From Dehalococcoidia bacterium (GTDB taxonomy: Bacteria; Chloroflexota; Dehalococcoidia; UBA2979), in NCBI GenBank assembly GCA_965262725.1, contig OZ253555.1, positions 128,001 through 192,000 on the forward strand: a stretch of DNA of 64,000 nt, read 5' to 3'. Numbering within the stretch: the first letter of the stretch is position 1; the number at the start of each line of letters is the position of its first letter. Shown here one piece after another: positions 27,475 through 37,210 of this stretch. Both the position numbers and the translations under genes were made by a program. Below the pieces are notes generated by a model. It was not told the DNA's origin. It searched no databases and saw only the letters and a program-made list of their open reading frames with translations.

Positions 27475-27514
27475 CGTCGTCTCCCCTCCGAGTCGGGCCG
27501 CCCCGGGCGCGCCC

Positions 27515-28606
27515 CTACTTCAGCTCGAGCAGATAGGCGGCGATCGCCCGGATTTGCTCGGGCGTCAGGACCCGCTCGAAGGCGGGCATGAACCGAGCTG
27601 CGTTGTCCAGCGAGTCGACGCCGGGCTTCACGCGGGTGGGATTGCTGATCCAGGCGGCCAGGCTCTCGAGGTCCGTGTCCAGGATCCCGGCCGCGATCGT
27701 GAGGCGCGATCCGACGTGCGTGAGGTTGGGACCGATCACCGCCTTCGCGTCGGTGCCGCCCACGGTGTGGCAGGTCGCGCAGCCGAGCACGGCGGGTCCC
27801 TCCGCAACAGGCCAGACCCGCTTCATGAAGAGCTCCTCGCCCTCCAGCGCCTGCGCGCTGGCCGGAGCCGCGCCGTCCTGGGTCTCACTCGCGACCCACG
27901 CGGAGAAGTCCTCGGGGGTGTCCACGAAGACGCGGAAGCGCATGTTGGCGTGCGCCATCCCGCAGAACTCGGCGCACTGGCCGAGATAGGGCTCCTCGCG
28001 CGCGGCGTCGAGGTCGGGCGTGAACCAGAGCTCGTTCACGTGCCCCGGGACCATATCGACCTTGCCCGCGAGTCGCGGCACCCAGAAGGAGTGGATCACA
28101 TCCTCCGAGAAGAGGTTGAACGAGACCGGGCGGCCGGCGGGGATGTGCAGCTCGTTGGCCGTGACCAGGTCATCGGACGCGCCGTCGCCGTCCAGGTCAT
28201 AGCGGAACTCGAACCACCACTGGCGTCCGACGGCGTCGACCCGGAGAGCGCCGTCCGGGGCGGGGCCGCTGCTCTCGGCGACGACTCGCCACGTCGGCAC
28301 CAGGATGACGGCCACGAGTACGACCGGGACCAGCGTCCAGAACAGCTCGAGGCGGACGTTGCCGCGGAACTGACTCGCCACGCGGCCGGCACGCTCCCGG
28401 TAACGGATGGAGATGCCGACGGTGAGTGCGAGGATGGCGATGAAGACCGCCATGCCGAGCCAGAAGACGAGCACATAGATGGAGTGGATGTCGCTCGCGA
28501 GGTCCGACCGCGGATCGACCGTCGTCTGGGGCGCGCTGCACGCCGTGAGCGCGGCGAGGGAAACGACGGAGGGAAGAAGGAGAATGCCGCGGGAGCGTCT
28601 CGCCAT
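27515..28606 (-). CDS. ctaC: Cytochrome c oxidase subunit II with fused cytochrome c (caa3 type), lipoprotein
   Basis: Lipobox LTAC, QWWFEF, DVIHSFW, CuA motif CAEFCGMAHANM, heme c motif CATCH. Confidence 0.95.
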   Translation of the reverse strand: MARRSRGILLLPSVVSLAALTACSAPQTTVDPRSDLASDIHSIYVLVFWLGMAVFIAILALTVGISIRYRERAGRVASQFRGNVRLELFWTLVPVVLVAVILVPTWRVVAESSGPAPDGALRVDAVGRQWWFEFRYDLDGDGASDDLVTANELHIPAGRPVSFNLFSEDVIHSFWVPRLAGKVDMVPGHVNELWFTPDLDAAREEPYLGQCAEFCGMAHANMRFRVFVDTPEDFSAWVASETQDGAAPASAQALEGEELFMKRVWPVAEGPAVLGCATCHTVGGTDAKAVIGPNLTHVGSRLTIAAGILDTDLESLAAWISNPTRVKPGVDSLDNAARFMPAFERVLTPEQIRAIAAYLLELK

Positions 28607-28734
28607 TGCCCCCGTGCTCCGTTACCAACCCGACGCAGGGCATCGGCACCCCGGCGGCACGCTCGGACTAAGCGCGGCGGGCCCGTACACGGCCGCCCTG
28701 GTGCCTGTCCGTGTAGCGGCTCGGCTCGGCTCGG

Positions 28735-29271
28735 CTAGTGGACGGTGAAGGCCACCCTCATGCCCTCGCCGTAGTGGCTCTCCAGGTTTCCTGTCTCCTC
28801 GACGATGTTGCAGATCAGTACGTAGTTGCCGGCTTCCAAGTGGAACACGTGCGACGCCGAGCTTGCGGGCGCGAACTCCTCGATCTCGCCGACGAGTTCG
28901 ATGTCGTCCTCGGGCACGGAACCGTCATGGATGGTCGGCAGGGCGTCGGGCGCGAGGTCCGTGCGGATGACGACGAGCTCGTGCGGGTGTTCCGGCCCCA
29001 GGTTGTCGACGAGGAAGTAGATATCGCCCGCCTCGACGCTGGTGACGGACGGCTCAAGCGTCCACTCGGCGAGGGAGACGCGGACTTCGGTCACTCCTTC
29101 GGGCTTCGGGTGCACGACGCCCGGCGCGGTGTCATCGTGCTCGTTCCCGTGGTCATCGGACGCCTCGGACGACATCTCCATCTCGGTGTGTTCGTCCGCT
29201 TCGTCGTCGCCGTCGCCGCAAGCGGACAGGAGCACCGCAAGAGCCGCCACCGCTGCAAGTAGGGCGTACAT
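28735..29271 (-). CDS. Cupredoxin (blue copper) lipoprotein; start may be 29310
   Basis: Lipobox LSAC, acidic/His linker, HELVV..YVLICNI..HYGEGM type-1 copper ligands. Confidence 0.82.
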   Translation of the reverse strand: MYALLAAVAALAVLLSACGDGDDEADEHTEMEMSSEASDDHGNEHDDTAPGVVHPKPEGVTEVRVSLAEWTLEPSVTSVEAGDIYFLVDNLGPEHPHELVVIRTDLAPDALPTIHDGSVPEDDIELVGEIEEFAPASSASHVFHLEAGNYVLICNIVEETGNLESHYGEGMRVAFTVH

Positions 29272-29755
29272 CCACCTGTGGTGCAGTAGCGACCAGCATA
29301 GAGTAGTCATGATGCGCTCCTCCACGTACGTAATTATCCTACACACTGCCCGGAAGGACTTCAATCGCAATGCACCCGCTGTGCCGCCTCACGGGCCTGT
29401 GTGTTCCGAGCCAGATCGGCTACCCGGTGCACGTGCTCCGGTCCGTCTGGGCGGCGGCGAGTGAGGGCGCAGGGCCCGATGGACGCGACCCGCATTGCCA
29501 CATGCGGGCCGAGGGCCGAGCGCACCCTGGATGAACCGCTGTCGCGTCCACGGCTCGGCGAGGCGCACCCCTCGCCACCGCGGATCACCGGTCGGCGTCC
29601 GGCGGGCACGCTGGAGGGATGCTCGTCCGCGCCGTAGCCTGAGAGGGGGACGGAGGCTCCTGCGCGCATCGGAAGCGTTCGCGACGACGGTCGACCGTCG
29701 TCGCCGCGAGAGGGCTATCGCCGGGGATCGAGGTCTCCGGGGGAGGGGCGGGACC

Positions 29756-30271
29756 ATGGACGTCCGGGATCTCATCACCGACGGACTCGAGCGTGGCCAC
29801 GGCATCATCCGGCGCGCGCTGCAGAACGCCACGCCGGAGCTGATGGCGTACCAGCCGGCGTCGGGCTCGAACCCGGTCGGCTGGCTCGCCTGGCACGTGA
29901 CGCGCGTCCAGGACCACCACATCGCCGGGCTCTCCGGTGTGGGGCAGGCGTGGATCGAGGACGGCTGGCACGAGCGCTTCGGGATGGCCGCGGAGAGCGA
30001 GGACTACGGCACCGGCCACACGCCGGAGCAGATGGTGGGCGTCGGCTCGCCGGATGCGCAGCTGCTGCTCGACTACGACGACGCGGTGTGGGCGCGCACC
30101 ACGGCCTACGTCGGCACGCTGACGGCGGAGGAGCTCGACCGCGAGCTCGACGAGCCGCAGTACCGGCCGCTGCCGACGGTCGCGGTGCGGCTGATGAGCC
30201 TCATCCACCACAGCGCGCACCACAGCGGCCAGATCGACTATCTGCGCGGTCTCGCCGGCCAGCCCCGCTGA
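29756..30271 (+). CDS. DinB family protein
   Basis: NPVGWLAWH, HHSAHHSGQIDYLRG. Confidence 0.9.
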   Translation: MDVRDLITDGLERGHGIIRRALQNATPELMAYQPASGSNPVGWLAWHVTRVQDHHIAGLSGVGQAWIEDGWHERFGMAAESEDYGTGHTPEQMVGVGSPDAQLLLDYDDAVWARTTAYVGTLTAEELDRELDEPQYRPLPTVAVRLMSLIHHSAHHSGQIDYLRGLAGQPR

Positions 30272-30350
30272 GGCGCGCCCGCGGCGTCATCACGGGTGTA
30301 GAGTGGCGGCCGCCGCTCGTGCTGGAGGCGGCTGCTGAGCGAGGTGCGAC

Positions 30351-32123
30351 GTGACGATCGGTGAGTATCGGGTCCGGGATCCTGAGGCCGTGAGCGCGGA
30401 CGGGGAGCTCACCGATCAGGCGGACGGCGCCGAGCTCTTCGTCGCCCAGCTCGTCGCCGGTGGCGTCGAGGCCCTCTACATCAACTCCGGCACCGACACC
30501 TTCCCCGTGCAGGAGGCGATCGCCCGCCGGCAGGCGCTCGGGCTGCCCGTGCCGCGCGTCGTGCTCTGCCTCGACGAGGCGGTGGCCGCCGCCGCCGCGC
30601 ACGGGCACTACGCGGTCACCGGGCGGCCGCAGGCCGTGCTCGTCCACGTCGACGTCGGGACGCAGCAGATAGGCGGCGCGCTGCACAACGCGCAGCGCGG
30701 CGGCGCCGCGATGCTGATCTGCGCCGGCCGCTCCCCCTACACCATCGACCAGGGCGTGCCGGGCGGCCGCTCCTCGCCGATCCACTGGCAGCAGGAGCAG
30801 CTCGACCAGCACGGGATCGTGCGCAACTACACGAAGTGGGACTACCAGCCGACCCGCGCGAGCATGGTGGCTGCCGCCGTGCAGCGCGGGCTCCAGGTAG
30901 CGGCGAGCGCGCCGCCCGGCCCGACCTACCTCTCGCTCCCGCGCGAGGTGCTGCTCGAGCGGCCGGAGGAGCCCGCGCTCGTCGCGCCGGATCGCCACGC
31001 GCCCGTCCCCGCGCCGGGGCCGCGGCCGGAGCTGATCGCGCAGGCGGCCGCCCGGCTCGCCGCCAGCGAGCGGCCGCTTCTGCTCACGGCGATGGCCGGA
31101 CGCGACCCGGACGCCGTCGCCCCGCTCACAGAGCTCGCCGAGGCGCTGGGCGCCCCCGTCTACGCCAACGGCTTCCGGCTCTGCATTCCTACGACGCACC
31201 CGCTCTTCGCCGGCACGCAGGCGCGGGAGGCGGTGGCGGAGGCGGACGTGATCCTCGCCGTCGACACGCTCGTGCCCTACATCCCGCAGGAGGTGCGGCC
31301 CGCCGCCGGCGCGACCGTGATCGAGATCGACGTCGATCCGCTGAAGCGGACGGTGCCGCTCACCGGCTTCCCCGTCGACATCGCGATCCAGGCCGACCCC
31401 GCGCTCGCCCTGCGCGAGCTGCTCCGGGCGCTGCGGGAGGCGAGGACGCCGGATCAGGCGGCGCGCGCCGCCGCCAGGGGGCAGGCGGTGGAGGCGGCGA
31501 ACGCCGAGCGGCGACGTGACTGGCGGGAAGCGGCGGAGCAGAAGGAGCTTCAGGTGCCGCTCGCGGCGGATCACGTCGTGGCGGTCATGGGCGAGTTCAT
31601 CGACGAGAGCTGGACCGTCCTCGACGAGGCGGTCGGCAACTCGCCGTGGGTCTCGCGGATGCTGAGCCGCACGAGGCCCGGCTCGCATTTCAAGAGCGCC
31701 GGATCCTCGCTCGGCTGGGCGCTCGGCGCCGCGGTCGGGGTGAAGGTGGCCGAGCCCGAGCGCCGCGTCATCGCCCTCGTCGGCGACGGCACCTTCGTCT
31801 ACGGCTGCCCGACGGCGGCGCTGTGGGCCGCGGATGTGCAGGATGCGCCGTTCCTGACTCTCATCTTTAACAACCGCATGCACAACGCCACCAGGAATGC
31901 GCTGCGCGGCGCCTTCCCGGAGAGCTACGCGCAGGCGACCGAGAACTGGCCCGGGATACGTATCGATCCGCCGCCGGACTACGCCGCGCTGGCGCGCGCC
32001 AGCCGGGCGCACGGGGAGACGGTCGAGGATCCCGGCGCGCTTCGCGGCGCGCTCGAGCGCGCGATCGCCGCGATCGAACGGGGACAGGCCGCGGTCGTCG
32101 ACGTGCACGTCGCGGCGCCCTGA
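30351..32123 (+). CDS. Thiamine pyrophosphate-dependent enzyme (acetolactate synthase-like family)
   Basis: NSGTD, VHVDVGT, YTKWDY, LGWALGAAVG, GDGTF..NN TPP motif. Confidence 0.92.
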   Translation: MTIGEYRVRDPEAVSADGELTDQADGAELFVAQLVAGGVEALYINSGTDTFPVQEAIARRQALGLPVPRVVLCLDEAVAAAAAHGHYAVTGRPQAVLVHVDVGTQQIGGALHNAQRGGAAMLICAGRSPYTIDQGVPGGRSSPIHWQQEQLDQHGIVRNYTKWDYQPTRASMVAAAVQRGLQVAASAPPGPTYLSLPREVLLERPEEPALVAPDRHAPVPAPGPRPELIAQAAARLAASERPLLLTAMAGRDPDAVAPLTELAEALGAPVYANGFRLCIPTTHPLFAGTQAREAVAEADVILAVDTLVPYIPQEVRPAAGATVIEIDVDPLKRTVPLTGFPVDIAIQADPALALRELLRALREARTPDQAARAAARGQAVEAANAERRRDWREAAEQKELQVPLAADHVVAVMGEFIDESWTVLDEAVGNSPWVSRMLSRTRPGSHFKSAGSSLGWALGAAVGVKVAEPERRVIALVGDGTFVYGCPTAALWAADVQDAPFLTLIFNNRMHNATRNALRGAFPESYAQATENWPGIRIDPPPDYAALARASRAHGETVEDPGALRGALERAIAAIERGQAAVVDVHVAAP

Positions 32124-32313
32124 CCGGGAGGCCGGACTCGCAGGTCGTCCGCCCGCGCCCGGCTCGGCCCGCTCGGGGAGCAGCTACGACCCGGATCCGA
32201 CGACGGTCGCGGTGGATGCCGTGCCCATCGTGGTCGAGTCCACGACCGACGAGTACTTCGTGCTCTCTGTGAAGCACTGGAACCGGGCTCTCACGCCGCG
32301 ATGGCGAGAGGTG

Positions 32314-32353
32314 TGGAGCGGGAGACGGGATTCGAACCCGCGACCCTCTGCTT
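32314..32353 (-). other. 3' fragment of a tRNA (Gly-like), probable att-site remnant
   Basis: Reverse complement AAGCAGAGGGTCGCGGGTTCGAATCCCGTCTCCCGCTCCA covers the anticodon 3' strand, T-arm, acceptor strand and CCA. No 5' half lies upstream. Confidence 0.8.
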
Positions 32354-32418
32354 CGTGGACGTGGGACGAGCCGCCGCGGGTCCACGCGCGCGATCCGGGG
32401 CCGGCTGAGGCACCTCCC

Positions 32419-34134
32419 CTAGCGGTGCCACTCGGCGATATTCCAGAGCTCGCTGTCCCACCCGTTGATGCGCACGCCCTGAAGCGTCTCTGCGTGAGCG
32501 GAGACTGAGCCCCTCAACACGAGCGGGATCTCGTAATAGCCCTGGACCAGGATGTCGTTGAGCTCCTTCACGAGTGCGTCGCGCTCGGGCCCGATCGGGA
32601 GCTGGGAGAGGCGCGTCAGGAGGTCGTCGTAGGCCGGGTCGCAGGCGCGCGCGTTGTTCTCGCCGGCCCAGTTGTCCTCCCGTGTCTGGATGTGTTCGCA
32701 GTCCAGTCCGGCGAGATAGCCCTGCGGGTCGACGCCCGGTCCGGTCGCGTACATCTGGACGTCGGCGAAGAACCGGCGGAAGGAGGCGCCCGGGTCGTTC
32801 ACTGCGTCGTCGCCGAAGAAGACGCCCCCGTCGTGCCCAAGGAGCTCGGCCTCGACGCCGATCTGCCGCCACCACTCCCGTACCAGCTCCTGCGTTGCCT
32901 GCCTGACCGGGTTGACCGTGGTCTGGTAGGTGATGCGCAGGGGGACGCCCCGGTATTCGCGGACGCCGTCTCCGTCGCTGTCGATGACGCCGCTCTCGTC
33001 GAGCAGCCTGTTCGCGCCCTCGATGTCCTGAACGAGGCAGCCCTCGTTCGCAGTCGACGCGTAGCGCGGTGGGGCCGCGATCAGGTTGCAGGCGGGCCTC
33101 CCGGCGAAGCCGTAGAGCTCGCCGGCGATGCGGGAGCGGGAGATAGCCATCGACATCGCCTGCGGGATCGGCGTGAACGTCAGGAAGGGGTGGGGGTTCG
33201 TCCCGCCGAGGTACTCGGAGCGCCGCTCGCCGAGGGCCGGGTCCGGATTGGTCTGGTTGACGACGATGCGCTCGACGGTGCTGGCAAAGGCCGCCACCAC
33301 CGTGCCGCGCCCGCCCGCCTCCAGCTCGGCCAGCGTCCCAGGCTCCACCTGGATGTTCCAGGCGTAGTCGGCCTCGCCCGTCTCCAGGACGGCGCGCGCC
33401 GCCGAGAGCGCGTCGCCGCCCCCCTGGAGCATCACGCGGTCGAAGTAGGGCGCCTCCCCGCGGTAGTGCGGGTTCCGCTCGAAGACGGCGCGATCGTTGG
33501 GCACGAACTGCACGATGCGGTAGGGGCCGCTCCCCAGCGGGGCGACGTTCTGCTCGACGCAGCCCCGAGCCGCCGCACCGACGCAGCCCGAGAACTGCGC
33601 CTCGCTGATGACCGCCGTCGAGCCGCCGACGAAGGCGTCGTAGGGATACGGCGCCTGAGCCTCGAAGAGGATCTCGACCGTGAGGTCATCGGGGGCGCGC
33701 ACGGAGGAGATGCCGGAGAAGGCGCTGCCGACAGTGCAGCCGCTCTCCGGGGCGGTGCAGTAGCGCCAGGTGAAGACCACGTCGCGCGCGGTCAGCTCGC
33801 TCCCGTCCGACCACGTGAGACCCGGGCGCAGCCGCCACGTGATCGAGGTCCCGTCGGGCGCGATGCCGCCGTTCTCCACGGTCGGGATCTCGGCGGCGAG
33901 CCTCGGGACGAGCCGCCCCTCCGGGTCGTAGCTCGCCAGGGGCTCGAGCGTGATCGCGGCGGCGTCGGTGTCCTTGAACCCCGATGACAGGTACGGGCTG
34001 GGGAGCGAGGGGGCCTGCCAGTAGAGGAGCGTCAGGACGCGCTCCTCCTCCTGCGAGTCCGACCCGAACGCCCCGCAGCCGGCCGCGAGGAGGAGCCCGA
34101 TCAGGGCGAGGGCGGCGGCCAGCACCGTCTTCAT
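32419..34134 (-). CDS. Peptide/nickel ABC transporter substrate-binding lipoprotein (family 5)
   Basis: Lipobox LAAGC, LLYWQAPS, PRLAAEIPTVENGG, WSDG, GSGPY, WDSELWNIAEW. Confidence 0.93.
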   Translation of the reverse strand: MKTVLAAALALIGLLLAAGCGAFGSDSQEEERVLTLLYWQAPSLPSPYLSSGFKDTDAAAITLEPLASYDPEGRLVPRLAAEIPTVENGGIAPDGTSITWRLRPGLTWSDGSELTARDVVFTWRYCTAPESGCTVGSAFSGISSVRAPDDLTVEILFEAQAPYPYDAFVGGSTAVISEAQFSGCVGAAARGCVEQNVAPLGSGPYRIVQFVPNDRAVFERNPHYRGEAPYFDRVMLQGGGDALSAARAVLETGEADYAWNIQVEPGTLAELEAGGRGTVVAAFASTVERIVVNQTNPDPALGERRSEYLGGTNPHPFLTFTPIPQAMSMAISRSRIAGELYGFAGRPACNLIAAPPRYASTANEGCLVQDIEGANRLLDESGVIDSDGDGVREYRGVPLRITYQTTVNPVRQATQELVREWWRQIGVEAELLGHDGGVFFGDDAVNDPGASFRRFFADVQMYATGPGVDPQGYLAGLDCEHIQTREDNWAGENNARACDPAYDDLLTRLSQLPIGPERDALVKELNDILVQGYYEIPLVLRGSVSAHAETLQGVRINGWDSELWNIAEWHR

Positions 34135-34326
34135 CTGAGGATCCCGGCATGACTCGCGTGGGGGAGCGGCGGGATCTCGCTCATCGCGGCGACCCTAGCA
34201 CCGCACCTCGGCGGGATCATGCTCCCGCTCCGGCGGGGCCGCCGCGCGGTCAGCCGGCGGCGGTATGCTGTCGGCAAGGCGGAGCGCGGCACCGCTGCCG
34301 ACTCGTTGCGCGAAGCGGGGGCCGCG

Positions 34327-35277
34327 GTGGCCGAGCATGTGATCACGCCGGGGGACGGGACGCTCCACGGCCGCTTCTCGCGCGATCTCCCTCCCGCGCT
34401 CACCGTCGACCCCGGCGACACGATTGTCCTCTCCACCCTCGACGCGCTGTGGAGCCTCGAGCCGCCGACCGAGGACGGCTCGCCGCACCGCGCCTACGAG
34501 CCGCGCCGCGAGGGTATCGACGACGGCCACGCGCTCGTGGGCCCCGTATCGGTCCGGGGCGCCGAGCCGGGGATGACGCTCGAGGTGGAGCTGCTCTCGC
34601 TGCGCACCGGGCCCTGGGGGTGGACGCGCGCGGGGCTCCGCGCCACGCCGCTCGCGGAGCGCCTCGGCGTCGCCGGGCAGCCCGCCCGGTTGCTCTGGGA
34701 CCTCGATCGCGACGCGGGCCTCGCGCGCGATCAGTTCGGACACAGTGTGCCGCTGCGCCCCTTTCTCGGGGTGATCGGGCTCGCTCCGGCCGAGCCCGGC
34801 CTCCACCCGACGTGGCCGCCCCGGCGCGAGGGCGGAAACATCGACTGCCGGGAGCTGGTCGCCGGGAGCCGCCTCCTGCTCCCGATCGCGGTGCCGGGGG
34901 CGCTGCTCTCCGTCGGCGACGGCCACGCGGCGCAGGGAGACGGCGAGGTCTCCGGGACGGCCGTGGAGTGCGCGATGGAGCGCGTGGAGCTGGTCGTGCG
35001 GCTTCACGAGCGGCTCGCGCTTGAGACGATGCGCGCGGAGACGCCGGCCGGCACCCTCACCCTCGGCGTGCACGAGGATCTCGAGGAGGCGGCGCACATC
35101 GCGCTCGACGCGATGGTGGGACTGATCGCCGAGCGAGAGGGGATCTCGCGCTCTCAGGCGCTCGCGCTCGCCTCGGTCGTGGTCGATCTGCGCGTGACGC
35201 AGATCGTGAACGCCGGCGTCCGCGGCGTGCACGCGCTCCTCCCCGCCGGAGCGCTCGCGCGGGGGTCCGCGGGGTGA
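34327..35277 (+). CDS. Acetamidase/formamidase family protein
   Basis: GHALVGPVSVRGAEPG, GGNIDC, GDGHAAQGDGEVSGTAVEC, DLRVTQIVN. Confidence 0.92.
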   Translation: MAEHVITPGDGTLHGRFSRDLPPALTVDPGDTIVLSTLDALWSLEPPTEDGSPHRAYEPRREGIDDGHALVGPVSVRGAEPGMTLEVELLSLRTGPWGWTRAGLRATPLAERLGVAGQPARLLWDLDRDAGLARDQFGHSVPLRPFLGVIGLAPAEPGLHPTWPPRREGGNIDCRELVAGSRLLLPIAVPGALLSVGDGHAAQGDGEVSGTAVECAMERVELVVRLHERLALETMRAETPAGTLTLGVHEDLEEAAHIALDAMVGLIAEREGISRSQALALASVVVDLRVTQIVNAGVRGVHALLPAGALARGSAG

Positions 35278-36464
35278 GCGCTCGCCCCGCGCGCGAGCCA
35301 CTCTGGAGCCGTGACTACGTCCTCACGCTGCTGACGACGTTCTCCTTCTTCGCGAGCGTCTTCTACCTCACGATCACGCTGCCCGAGTACATCGACGAGC
35401 TCGGCGGCGCGGCGTGGGAGGTGGGGCTCGTGACCGGGGCGTTCGCCGTCGTCCCCATCGTGCTCCGGCCCTACGTCGGCCGCTGGAGTGACCGCGGTGG
35501 CCGCAAGTGGCTGATCCGCGGGGGGCTCGTCGTGATGGTGCTCTCCCTCGCCCCGATGGGCGCCACCCGCGAGATTCTGGTGCTCCTCTGTCTGCGCCTG
35601 GTGCAGGGCATCGGTGTCTCGATGGTGCCAACCTCGGCGGCGGCGCTGATAGCCGCGGTCGTGCCGGCGTCGCGTCGGGGCGAGGGCGTCGGCTTCTTCG
35701 GGATGGCGGCCGGCAGCGCGCAGATGGTCGGTCCCATCGCCGGCGCCTGGTTCGCGGCGCAGTGGGGGTTCGGGGCGGTCTTCGCCATCGCGAGCATCAC
35801 CGCGGCGGTGGCGCTGCTCTCGATCCACCCCGTCTCCGAGCCGCCGGTCGGCGCCTCCGTGCGCTCCGGTCGGAGCGGCCCGCTGCTGCCGCGGCGCGCG
35901 CTCTTTCCGGCCGCGATCTTCTTCGCGACGACGCTCGCCTTCACGGCGGCGTTCATCTTCCTGCCGCTCCTCGGGAAGGAGCGTGGCCTCGGCGAGGTGG
36001 CGCTCTTCTTCACGATGCACGGCGCCGCCTCGCTCGTGGCGAGACCGCTCGGCGGGCGGATCTCCGACCACTTCGGCCGTGTGCCGGTCGTCACCTTCGG
36101 CCTCAGCGCGATGGTCGTCTCGATGCTGATCCTCGCCTCGGCCGGGAGCTTCGGCCTCGTCCTCGCCGCCGGACTCTGCTCCGGCCTCGGGCTCGGCTCG
36201 ACGCAGACCGGGTGCTTCGCCCTCGCGCTTGATTCCGTGCCCTACGAGCAGCAGGGGGGCGCCACCGCGGTGCTCCAGCTCGCCTGGGACGTCGCCGGCA
36301 TCGTGGCGGGCGTCGGCTTCGGGATCGTCGCGACCCTTGCCGGCCTGGCGGCGATCTTCTGGAGCTCGGCGGCGCTCGTGGGCGTCGCCATCGTCGCGCT
36401 GCATCTCGGCCGGGCGGGCGGGCTGACGGCGACGACCCCGCTGGGCCCGCCGCCGCCCGCGTAG
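35274..36464 (+). CDS. MFS transporter
   Basis: About 12 TM segments; GRWSDRGGRK and GRISDHFGR motif A. Confidence 0.92.
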   Translation: MSARPAREPLWSRDYVLTLLTTFSFFASVFYLTITLPEYIDELGGAAWEVGLVTGAFAVVPIVLRPYVGRWSDRGGRKWLIRGGLVVMVLSLAPMGATREILVLLCLRLVQGIGVSMVPTSAAALIAAVVPASRRGEGVGFFGMAAGSAQMVGPIAGAWFAAQWGFGAVFAIASITAAVALLSIHPVSEPPVGASVRSGRSGPLLPRRALFPAAIFFATTLAFTAAFIFLPLLGKERGLGEVALFFTMHGAASLVARPLGGRISDHFGRVPVVTFGLSAMVVSMLILASAGSFGLVLAAGLCSGLGLGSTQTGCFALALDSVPYEQQGGATAVLQLAWDVAGIVAGVGFGIVATLAGLAAIFWSSAALVGVAIVALHLGRAGGLTATTPLGPPPPA

Positions 36465-36547
36465 TGCGCCCCGCCACCCGCAGGCGCCGCTCCGGGTAGG
36501 CTCTGGCGGGGGCGGCCGCGGATCGCCGCCGGGCGGACGGGAGCACG

Positions 36548-37174
36548 ATGCCCACAGGCGCCGAGGGCGAGCGCGAGGCGCTCCGCCACTACATCGACGA
36601 CACGCTCCGGGCGCCTCAGGTCGCCGCGGACGCGATCCTCGGCGCCATCTTCCTTGCCGATGCCGGGAACCGCGCCCTCATGGCGGCGGCTGTGGCCGGC
36701 CGGCTCGCCGAGGCGGCTCGCCGCTTCACCGCGGTCTACGGCGCCCTCTCGGACCGCACGCGTCCCGTCATGGACAGGCTCCAGGCGCCGCTCCCCGGCG
36801 CCGCCGAGTGGGAGGCCCTCGCCGAGCATCTGCGCCGGATGAGCGCCCCCGCCATCCTCGCTGTGCTCCGCCTCGACGAGAGCGCCGCCGTGAGCGCGGA
36901 GGCGCTCTCAGCCCATGCGGATGAGCTCGGCAGGTACACGGAACTCATCCGCGCCCACGAGGTGGAGCCGCCGCGCCTCTGGCGCGAGCGGGGCGAGCCC
37001 GGCGAGCCCGGCTGGCTGCGCTTCAACGGGCGCGCGCAGGACGGCGCGCCCGTTGAGGAGCGCCTGCCACTGACCGAGGAGGCGGTGGTGGCGCTCGCCG
37101 ACGCGGTGGGCGAGCTGGTCACGCTCTCGCGCGACTTCCTCGGCGCCTACGCGGACGCGCGTCCGGCGGGCTGA
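36548..37174 (+). CDS. Hypothetical protein (helical)
   Basis: GGAG SD and host-like codon usage; no family recognised. Confidence 0.6.
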   Translation: MPTGAEGEREALRHYIDDTLRAPQVAADAILGAIFLADAGNRALMAAAVAGRLAEAARRFTAVYGALSDRTRPVMDRLQAPLPGAAEWEALAEHLRRMSAPAILAVLRLDESAAVSAEALSAHADELGRYTELIRAHEVEPPRLWRERGEPGEPGWLRFNGRAQDGAPVEERLPLTEEAVVALADAVGELVTLSRDFLGAYADARPAG

Positions 37175-37210
37175 GCATGGGCGCGGCCACCCGCAGCCTG
37201 CGTCCCCGCA

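Noticed and set aside
32314-32400. Intact tRNA-Gly gene
   Set aside because: Only the 3' 40 nt are present. D-arm, 5' acceptor strand and anticodon are missing, so the Gly identity is inferred from the acceptor end only.
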